Shown in pieces: positions 50,421 to 60,967 of a stretch of 64,000 bases of DNA. The notes under the pieces are model-generated. The model made no database searches, had not been told where the DNA came from, and worked only from the letters and a program-made list of their open reading frames with translations. The translations under genes were made by a program, and so were the position numbers. Source of the DNA: Heterodontus francisci (taxonomy: Eukaryota); NCBI RefSeq assembly GCF_036365525.1, contig NC_090401.1, positions 50,470,771 through 50,534,770 of the forward strand. Reading direction: 5' to 3'. The number at the start of each line of letters is the position of its first letter. The first letter of the stretch is position 1.

Positions 50421-51474
50421 CATATTGTACAGCTGTCTAATATAAAAGCGCCCCAAATTCTTCAGGCTGTTTTCTGAACCTAGCTTTTCTTTATTTAAAT
50501 GAATTTATTACTTATATAAATCATTCATCTTGGATTCATTGGACAATAGTGTCGTATCGCTCTTACGAGATAAGTAATCCAGAGAATGAGAATTCAGATC
50601 CCAGCACAAATTGAACTTTAGTTTAAAAAGAAATCTGGAAATAAAATGTTGTCCATGAAGCTGTCAGGTTACCATTAAAACCCACCTGGTTCAAGAAACC
50701 TGCAGTGACCCATGTCCAAGTCAATGTGGTTAACACCCTTCCTGAAGTCTGGTGCCCAGAATTGGATGCAATGCTTCAGTTGAAGCCTTGTCAGTGAATT
50801 ATAGAGGTTTACCTGATCTTCTGATCGTCATTTAAGAAGCAAGGAGATGCAATAAAGGGGAGAGTGTATTTGGATGAATCAAGATGGGCTGTAATTATCT
50901 TGTGATCCTGAGTTTATCTCTGCCAAGGGAGGTTATCGCCACAGAGGATCTAATGGTTCTACATGAGTACTGTGACATGTTGCCAAATCACTGGGAGTGT
51001 CTGCAGATTTGCACTTTGATGGCTTAAGGAGCACATATTTTGTCTAATTCTCTTTGCTTGTTTCCTGAATAAGTTGTTGGAAGGTCCATGGCTCTGTCTG
51101 TCTGGAGAGAACAGATTTGAGGTCACCTATCATTGCCACACCAACTTCATGGTTGAACAGCCCAGTGACGTTTACTGCGTACCATTTGGATGAGGTACCA
51201 GGAGGAGGTGGCCTTCAGGAGAGGAGGCGGGAAAAGACTGCAAGTTTAAAAAAAAAAGTAACTATTTTCCCAACATTTAGATGAGTGCAGCGGTTGGAGA
51301 CTGGATCTGACTTGGATTGATGATGGTTAGAAGCAAGCTAGTTGTTGCGCCATTAAGGAGGCTAAGAATTTTATTGATTAGGTGTCTGAGTCTGAGAAGA
51401 ACATTGGGGAAATGGATTTTAAATGACTGAAATTCTGCAACAATATGTTGCATCTTGTAAGCTCCTTTTTGTAG

Positions 51475-54400
51475 CATACTAACGTATGAATTAGGAGCAG
51501 GAATAGGCCACTCGGCCCCTCGAGCCTGCTCTGCCATTCAGTAAGACCATGGCAGATCTGATTGTAACCTCAACTCCGCATTCTTGCCTACCCCTGCTAA
51601 TCTTTCATCCCCTTGCTTATCAAGAATCTCTGCCTTAAAAATATTCAAAGACTCTGCTTCCACTGCCTTTTGAGGCAAAAATATCCAAAGACTCACAACC
51701 CGCTGAGAGAAAAAATTTCTCATTGTCTCTGTCTTAAATGGGTGGCCCCTTATTTTTAAATAGTGACCCCTAGTTCTAGAAAGGGGAAACATCCTTTCCA
51801 CATCCACCCTGTCAAGATCCCTTAGAATCTTATGTTTCAATCAAGTCATCTCTTACTCTTCTAAAATCCAGCAGATACAAGCCTAGCCTGTCCAACCTTT
51901 CCTCATAAGGCAACTTGCTCATTCCAGGTATTAGTCTAGTAAATCTTCTCTGAACTGCTTCCAATGCAGTTACATCCTTCCTTAAATAAGGAGACCAGTA
52001 CTGTACACAGTACTCCAGATGTGGTCTCATCAATGCCTTGTATAATTGAATCATAACCTCCTAACTTTTGTATTCCCCTCACAATAAATGATAACATTCT
52101 ATTAGCTTTCCTAATTACTTGCTGAACCCATATACTAACCCTTTGCAATTCATGCACTAGGACATCCAGATCCCTCTGCATCTCAGAGCTCTGCAATCTC
52201 TCACCATTTAGATAATATAATTTTTTATTCTTCCTGCCAAAATGGACACTTTCACATTTTACCACATTATACTCCATTTGCCAGATCTTTGCCAACTCAC
52301 AACCTATCTATATCCCTTTGTAGCCTCCTTAAGTCCTCTTCACAACTTACTTTCCTACCTATCTTTGTGTCAGCAGCAAGCTTCGCAACCATACGGTCCC
52401 TTAATCCAAGTCATTTATATAAATTGTAAAAAGTTGCAGCCCCAGGACTGATCCCATGCCAATCGTTACATCTTGCCAACCAGAAAATTACCCATTTATG
52501 CCTACTCTCTGTTTCCTGTTAGTTAGCCAATCTTCTATCCCTGCCAATATGTTACCCCCTACACCATGAATTTTTATTTTCCGCAATAACCTTTGATGTG
52601 GCACCTTATCAAATGCCTTCTGGAAATCCAAGTACAGTATATCCACAGCACATGTTACTACTTCAAAGAACTCCAATAAATTGGTTAAACATGATTTCCC
52701 TTTCACAAAACCATGTTGACTCTGTCTGATTACCTTGAATTTTTCTAAGTGCCCTAATAATAGCTTCAAACATTTTCCCTAAGGCAGATGTTAAGCTAAC
52801 TGACCTGTAGTTTCCTGATTTCTGTCTCCCTTTTTTGAATAAAGGAGTTACATTGGCTATTTTCCAATTTAATGCAACCTTCCCTGAATCTAGGGAATTC
52901 TGGAAAATTAAAACCAATGCATCAACTATCTCACCAACCACTTCTTTTAGGACCCGAGGATGAAGTCCAACAGGACCCGGGGACTTGTCAACCCGCAGCT
53001 CCAACAATTTGCTCAGTACCAATTCCCTGGTGATTGTAATTTTCTTGAGTTCCTCCCTCTCTTCCATTTTCTGATTTACAGCTATTTCTGGGACATTACT
53101 TGTATCCTCTATAGTGAAGTCCGATGCAAAATTCCTGTTCAATTCATCTGTCATCTCCTTATTTTCCCTTATTAGTTCCCCAGACTCACTTTCTATAGGA
53201 CCAATGCTGACTTTGTTAACTCTTCTTTTTAAAATATCTATAGAAACTCATTCAATCTGTTTTTGTATTTCTAGCTAACTTTCTCCTGTACTCTAATTCT
53301 TCCCTCCTTATCAATCTTTTAGTTATTCTTTGCTGTTATTTATATCCTGCCCAATCCTCTGAACTGCCACCCATCTTTGTGCAATTATATGCTTATTCTT
53401 TAAGTTTGATACTATCTTTAACTTTTTTAGTTAACCACAAATGGTGGTTCCTCTGCTTGGAATGTTTCTTTCTCGTTGGAATGCATCTATTCTGTGTATT
53501 CTGAAATATCCCCTTAAATGTCTGCCACTGCATCTCTATTGACCTATCCCTTAACCTAATTTGCTAGTTCAATTTAGCTCGCTCTGCTTTCATGCCCTCA
53601 AAATTGACCTTAGTTAAGTTAAAAATATTAGTCTTGGACTCATTCTTCTCTCCCTCAAACTGAATGTAAAATTCAATCATAATATGATCGCTGCTACCTA
53701 GGGGTGCCTTCACTATGAGGTCATCAATGAATCCTATCTCATTGCACAATACCAGGTCTAATATAGCCTGCTCTCTGGCTCCAGAACGTGCTGTTCTAAG
53801 AAACTATCTCGCAAACATTCTATGAACTGCTCATCTGGGCTATCTTTGCCCATCTGATTTTTCCAGTCTATGTGTAGATTAAAATCCCCTGTGATTATCA
53901 CCATACCTTTCTCACAAGCTCCCATTATTTATTCCTTTATACTCTGTCCTACTATGTGGTTACTGTTAGGGGGGGTCTGTACACCACTCCCACGAGTGAC
54001 TTCTCACCTTTATCATTTCTCATTTCTACCCAAACCGCTTCTACATCCCGGTTTCCTGAACTTAGGTCACCCCTCTCTAATATGCTAATACCATCATTAA
54101 TTAACAGAGCCACCCCTCCACCTTTTCCTAGCTTCCTGCTCTTCCTACATGTCATGTACCTTTCAATATTCAGGTCCCAATCTATTTCATCCTGCAGCCA
54201 CGCCTCTGTAATGGCTATCAGATCATATTTATTTCTATTTGCACTATCAGATCATCTGTTTTGTTTCGAATGCTATGTGCTTTCAGATACCTTTAATTTT
54301 GTGCTTTTATTATTTTTGTAACCTCTAGCCTGACTGATTTACTCAGATTTGTACACTCCATCCCTTCCTGTCGCGGTCTGTTTATCATTTCCTATATTAC

Positions 54401-55600
54401 TACCTTTCTCTCTTGCCTTGCTTTGATTTACCACATTTTCCCAAATTTGATCCCTTGCCCCCACTATTTAGTTTAAACCGTCTCTGCTTCCCTTGTTATG
54501 CGGCTCGCTAGAACAACAGCCCCAGCACGGTTCAGGTGTAGACCGTCCCAACAGTACAGCCCCGCTTTTCCCACTACTGGTGCCAGTGTCCTACGAACCG
54601 GAACCCACTTCTACCATACCAGTCATTGAGCCACGCATTCATTTCTCTAATCTGTCCTATGCCAATTTGCACGTGGTTTAGGTAATAATCCAGAGATTAT
54701 TACCTTTTGAGTTTCTGCTTAATTTGGTGCCTAGCTCCTCATACTGACGATGCAGAATCTCCTTCCTTGTCCTGCCTATGTCATTGGTACCTACGTGGAC
54801 CATGACGACTGGATCCTCCCCCGCCCACTGTAGGTTCCTCTCCAGCCCTGAGCAGATGTCCCGAACCCTGGCTCTGGGCAGGCAACACAGCCTTCTGGAC
54901 TCTCGCTCGTTGCTGCAGAGAACAGTGTCAATCCCCCTCACTATACTGTCCCCTACTACTACTACATTCCTTTTTTCTCCCCCAACTTGAATGGCTTCCT
55001 GTACCACAGTACCATGGTCAGTAGCTCATCCATCCTGCAGCCCCCCACTCTCATTCAAACAAGCTGAAAGAACCCCAGACCTGTTGGATAATCGCAAAGG
55101 CTGAGGCTCCTGTACTCCTGCCCTCTGGGTCACCTTACCTGCCTCAGCTGCAGCCACAATCTCCTGTTTCTGATCATTGACCAAATCAGCAGACCCCATC
55201 CTAAGGGGTGTGACTGCTCGTGCTACAAAGTGTCCAGGTAACTTACCCTCTCCCTGATGTGTCGCAGTGTCTGCAGCTCGGTCTCCAACTCAATGACTCT
55301 GAGCCGAAGCTCCTCGAGCCACAAACACTTACTGCAGACTTGTTTGCCCTGGATCACACTGGCATCCAGGAACTCTCACATGCTACTGCCATGACAAATC
55401 TACTGTCCTGCCATCCTTAATGTGTTTTAATTAACTACTTAATTATTTTATTCAATTTTTTTTCTTTTTTTATATATTTTATTAACATTACCACCAGTTC
55501 CTGTACTATTTTAAACCATAGGACTGGAATATTCACCAAACATCTAGCCTCTTCCCCGAACTCCCAGCACTCTGTTCAAGTCACACACTAAATCCTCTCC
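51475..55600 (-). mobile_element. Essentially full-length, heavily decayed CR1 LINE
   Basis: ORF1 remnant starts at about 55414 (CSKCLWLEELRLRVIELE zinc-finger/zipper region, VVGDSIVRG, VHVGTNDIG). ORF2 motifs [40 protein letters not shown] and RPHLEYCVQYW. Confidence 0.93.
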
Positions 55601-55666
55601 TGTCCCGCTGCTTCCCTCTGAGAATGGGAATCATTCTGGATCCAAGTACTACAAAACAAATATATG

Positions 55667-56355
55667 GGCTGGAATTTTATGCCTCCTCCTCAGAGCGGAC
55701 TGAAGGCATGGGGGGCGTAAAATCAAGTGGGTGATGAGCAGGGTGCCATTCCCATTGCCTACCCGCTCTCCACTGCCATTTTACCAACAGTGGGAGATGT
55801 TGAAAACAGCTTGCCTGCCCCAGACCAATTATTGTCCTCTGGTAGACAATTAAGTGCCACTTAAGAGCCTCCTCCACCGCCGGTATCTTAGCAGAAGAGG
55901 CTACCCTGTATAACCTGGCAGCTTCCTTGTGGGCAGGGGAGGGGCCTCCTGATCAGGCACCATGTGCCGTGTGGAGGGTCCCTCCCACGGCACAAGCCAC
56001 CCCCGCCCTCCTAATCAAACTCCACCCGCCTCGCCAGGGCCAAGCCGATCTTCTCTGGCAAAGTCTGAAATTTGGTGGCGGCATCCCTTTTGCTCCCCTG
56101 GCTGGGTGCAGTCCCAATAGTGGCCACCGTTCCCAGTGGCATGGCTGGGACTGAGGAGCTTCCGGCCCTCTGATTGGCTGGCAGCTCCTGGAGGTGGGAC
56201 TTCCTGCCTCAGAGGGGCAGAAGTCCTGCCCAAGGCCAATTAAGGGCCTGGGTTACGCAAAATCGCTGCGTGGCTTTCAGGCCTGACGGAGGTGGGCTCG
56301 CTGCTGACTTTTCAGCCAATGGGTAGGCCCTCCACCACAACGTAAAATTCCAGCC
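55667..56355. mobile_element. PIF/Harbinger-type MITE (689 bp)
   Basis: TIRs ggctggaattttatg / cgtaaaattccagcc (14/15 match) and a perfect 3-bp TSD atg. Confidence 0.85.
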
Positions 56356-56632
56356 ATGAATGGGCCAGTGAGAATAGTGAAGTGATGGCACTGACTGTTT
56401 CTTGGGGTACAGCCCACAGTCACTGGCTATTCTCTGGCATCTGTCTGCATCCCTGTGTAATCCTAGACAGTGAGTGCCAGTGGGTATCTGACTGGAGATG
56501 TGGGAATATATTTGGGGGTGCAACACAAGGGGGGAAGCTAGTTTGGGTTCTGCTGTGCACCACTGATGTAACAAGTTATATTCTTGGTGAGTTTCTGTCG
56601 TGTGACTCTAAAACAGATAATCTAGTAAAAGA

Positions 56633-57087
56633 AGGAAAGACTTGCATTTATGTAATGCCTTTCACCACCTTAGAACATCCCAAAGCACTTTCCAGCCGAT
56701 AATGTCCTTTTGCAGCAGGAACTCTCACATGCTACTGCCATGTAATGTAGGAAACTCAGCAGCTAATCTTCACACAGCAACATCCCACAAACAGCAAAGA
56801 GATAAATGACCAGAATTATCTAATCTTAATGATGTTGGTTGAGATAAATTTTGGCGATGACAATTCCCCTGCTCTTCTTTGAAATAGTGCCAAAGAATCT
56901 TTTATGTCCACCTGAGAGGGCAGACGGGGCCTCAGTTTAATGTCTCATCGGAAAGACAGCACCTTTGACAGTGCAGCATTCCTCTACTGAGAGAGTTGGG
57001 ATAGATTTAAGTCTCTGGAGTAGGACTTGAACCCAAAGTCTTCTGACTCGAAGGCGAGCGCGATACCCACTGAGCTACAGCTGACGC
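56633..57087 (-). mobile_element. Deu-domain SINE, near full length
   Basis: Head, core and tail are colinear with the other copies. Confidence 0.87.
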
Positions 57088-57360
57088 AGTAGATCCTGGT
57101 ACTGAGGTCGCTGACCTTGGCTGGGGTACCTGTTGGGGGCTACAATGGGTCTTGCTGTCTTGAGGTAGCCGGGGGCAAAATCAGTCAGGTTTTCTGCTAT
57201 GGCCTACGAACCCCTGCTAGAAAGTGCACAGACGTGGGTATTGGGTGAAAACAGGAACAGGCACCATCAACGCTTGCGCACTCACGTGGCCATTGGATCG
57301 AGGTAGAGGAGGGCTGGGCCGCCCAGCGTGAGTCACTGCTTCAAGGAGAGAAAGGTTAAA
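57088..57360 (+). mobile_element. LF-SINE-like ancient SINE fragment
   Basis: gctacaatggg...aaaatcagtcagg...acccctgctagaaagtg...gggtgaaaacagg...cccagcgtgagtcactgcttcaaggagag. Related relics lie near 19770-20040, 24260-24645, 31540-31830 and 34080-34430. Confidence 0.55.
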
Positions 57361-58029
57361 TGTATTTTCAAAAGGATGTGCTCAGGTGCTTTCAGCCTTC
57401 TGATAAAAGCCCCAGTGTTAATAAGTCATGGCACCTCATACCACATGTGGCAGGAAGGAATCTCAACAAATATTAGCATGTCAAACTTATCCAAAGTATT
57501 TCTTTGATGCATGTGAAGAATATAATGGATATGGGGCAGTATTCTCATAAAGAGGTCTGGATAATGCAGATATTTATATGACTCCTGAGATAAGGTTAGT
57601 CTTTAAACTGTCCTCCTGTATCTTTCAATATATGAATTGGAGTCAATAATGTTACGTTCTTTTAGTCACTGAAAATGATGCAGATTTATCAACGCCTGAA
57701 AGAAAACGAGGGTTAAAAATTTTTCATTTTTTTTATTTCTTGGGATGCACGTGACGCTGGTGAGATTGCATTTATTGCCCATCCTGAGTTGGTGGTGGTC
57801 CTCCTTCAGCCTGGTCATTGCTGTTACAATTGGCCTACTTCACAAGGCATTAGGAATCATGCAAATAACACAGGACTGGAGTCACCTGTGGCCAGACTGA
57901 GCAGGAATGGCAGGTTCCCTTCCCTGAAGGAGATTATAAACCAGTTGGGTTTTCTGTGGCAATCCAGCATTTATTGTGTTTATTAGAAAATAGCAACTTT
58001 GATTTTACAAGTTGCCATAGTGGCTTTAC

Positions 58030-59240
58030 ATAGGAACATAGGAAGATAGGAACAGGAGTAGGCCATTCAGCCCCTCGAGCCTGTCCCGCCATTCAATGAG
58101 ATCACGGTTGATCCAAGGCCTAACTCCTAACCTGCCTTTGGCCCATATCCCTTAATATCTTTGCTTAACAAAAATCTATCTCAGATTTAAAATTAACAAC
58201 TGTTCTAGCTTCAACTGCTGTTTGTGGGAGAGAGTTCCAAACCTCTACCACCCTTTGTGTGAAGAAGTGCTTCCTAACATCTCTCCTGAACGGTCTGACT
58301 CTAATTTTTTGACTGTGCCCCCTAGTTCTAGAATCTCCAACCAGTGGAAATAGCTTATCTTTATCTAGCCTGTCTTTTCCTTTTAATATCTTGAAGACTT
58401 CGATCAGATCACCCCTTAAACTTCTAAATTCCAGCGAAAACAAGCCTAATTTGTGTAATCTCTCTTTGTAACTTAACCCCTGTAGTCCAGGTATCATTCT
58501 TGTAAACCTACTTTGCACTCCCTCCAAGGCCTTCCGAAGGTCTGGTGCCCAGAACTGCTCACAGTACTCCAAGTGGGGCGGCGCAGTGGTTAGCACCGCA
58601 GCCTCACAGCTCCAGCGACCCGGGTTCAATTCTGGGTACTGCCTGTGTGGAGTTTGCAAGTTCTCCCTGTGTCTGCGTGGGTTTTCTCCGGGTGCTCCGG
58701 TTTCCTCCCACAAGCCAAAAGACTTGCAGGTTGGTAGGTAAATTGGCCATTATAAATTGCCACGAGTATAGATAGGTGGTAGTGAAATATAGGGACAGGT
58801 GGGGATGTGGTAGGAATATGGGATTAGTGTGGCATTAGTATAGATGGGTGGTTGATGGTCGGCACAGACTTGGTGGGCCGAAGGGCCTGTTTCAGTGCTG
58901 TATCTCTAAACTAAACCAGGGTTTTGTACAGCTGCAGCATAACCTCTGTGTCTTTATACTCCAATCGTCTAGATGTAAAGGCTAGCATTCCATTAGCTTT
59001 TTTGCTTATTTTCTGCACTTGCTTGTGGCATTTTAAAGATCTATGCACCTGAACCCCCAAGTCTGTTTGGACATCCACTGTACTTAACCTCTTCCCTTTT
59101 AGAAAGTATCCTGCTCCAGCCTTTTTTGATCCAAAATGGATAACCTCACGCTTGCCCGCATTGAAATCCATCTGCCACAGTTTTGCCCACTCACCTAGTC
59201 TGTCAATATCTCCTTGCAATTTTATGCTATCATCTAGACT
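58030..59240 (-). mobile_element. CR1 LINE 3' fragment with nested V-SINE
   Basis: QGDIDRLGEWAKLWQMDFN...LQLYKTLV / PHLEYCEQFWAP...RKHFFTQRVVEVWNSLP. Confidence 0.92.
58575..58915 (+). mobile_element. V-SINE (HE1-like) nested in CR1
   Basis: ggcgcagtggttagcaccgcagcc..., V-core, tatctctaaactaaa tail. No TSD is visible. Confidence 0.92.
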
Positions 59241-60308
59241 GGATTTCAGATGACAGAAATGGATGGTGCACCCGAGTCTTGGTGCAGGATGATGTCGTCC
59301 TCTCTAAAGAATAAAAGAATATGAAGGCGAGTTGGGGACAAGGAAAGTTGATCTGGCCCATCAACGTTCACCCTTCCAGTTCAGGAATGTCCAAGCTTTT
59401 TGTTCCTTAGGGTCCTAGAGGTGTGAACCATGGAAATTTTGGGGACAGGGGCTAGGGCTGCCCTTGCCATAAAGTTTAATTTGTGTATATCGGCTGCTAA
59501 TACAGACAGACCTTGTTCTGATTTAAGATGATCCGCTAATGAGGCAATACCACCATAGAACAGTCTTGTCCAAATCAATAGGCCCATTCTTTTCCTTAAT
59601 TCACAGGATGTGGGCATCACTGGCAAGGTCAGCATTTATTGACCATCCCTAGAGTCATGGAGTTATACAGCACAGAAACAGGCCCTTCAGCCCATCGTGG
59701 CTGTGTTGGCCATCCAGCACCCAACTATTCTAATCCCATATTCCTGCACTTGGCCCATAGGCTTGTATGCTATGACGTTTCAAGTGCTCATCTAAATACT
59801 TCTTAAATGTTGTGAGGGTTCCTGCCTCCACCACCTCTTCAGGCAGTGTGTTCCAGATTACAACCACCCGCCGAGTGAAAAATGTTTTCCTCAAATTCCC
59901 CCTAAACCTCCTAGCCCTTGCCCTAAATCTATGCCCCCTGGTTCTTGACACCTCCACTAAAGGAAAAAGTTTCTTCCTATCTAACATATCAATACCCCTC
60001 ATAATCTTGTACACCTCAATCATGTCCCCCCTAAGCCTTCTCTGCTCCAAGGAAAACAACCCTAGCCTTTTCAGTCTTTCTTCATAGCTGAAAGGCTCCA
60101 GCCCAGGCAACATCCTGGTGAATCTCCTCTGCATCCACTCCAGTGCAATCACATCCTTCCTATAGTGCGGTAACCGGAACTATGCACAGTACTCCAGCTG
60201 TGGTCTAACTAGCGTTTTATACAGCTCCATCATAACCTCCCTGTTCTTATATTCCATGCCTCGGCTAATAAAGGCAAATATCCCATCTGCCTTCTTAACT
60301 ACCTTATC

Positions 60309-60437
60309 CGAAGAAGGGTCACTGACCCGAAACGTTAACTCTGCTTCTCTTTCCACAGATGCTGCCAGACCTGCTGAGTGATTCCAGCATTTCTTGTTTT
60401 TGTTTCAGATTTCCAGCATCCGCAGTATTTTGCTTTT
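60309..60437 (+). mobile_element. 129-bp Penelope pLTR/3'-tail insertion
   Basis: Perfect 8-bp TSD accttatc (60301-60308 / 60438-60445). About 95% identical to the reverse complement of 60970-61098. Confidence 0.9.
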
Positions 60438-60967
60438 ACCTTATCTATCTGTGCTGCTGCCTTCAGTGTTCTATGGACAAGTACACCAAGGTCCCTCTGA
60501 CTTTCTGTACTTCCTAGGGTCCTACCATCCATTGTATATTCCCTTGCCTTGTTAGTCCTCCCAAAATGTATTACCTCCCACTTCTCAGGATTAAATTCCA
60601 TTTGTCACTGCTCCGCCCATTTTACCTATCTCCCTGTAATCTAAGGATTTCCTCCTCACAATTTATATCACCACCAATTTTCGTGTCATCTGCGAACTTA
60701 CTGATCATACCTCCTATATTCACGTCTAAATCATTAATGTACACTACAAACAGCAAGGGTCCCAGCACCAATCCCTGTGGTACACCACTGGTCACAGGAT
60801 TCCACTTGCAAAAACAGCCCTCGACCATTACCCTCTGCCTCCTGCCACTAAGCCAATTTTGGATCCAATTTGCCAAATTGCCCTGGATCCCATGGGCTCT
60901 TCCCTTCTTAACCAATCTCCCATGCGGGACCTTATCAAAAGCCTTACTGAAGTCCATGTATACTACA

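Noticed and set aside
58165-58713. 182-aa ORF and similar ORFs (30130-30645, 60566-61072, 63243-63806)
   Set aside because: Chance read-through across SINE/CR1/Penelope junctions, not genes.
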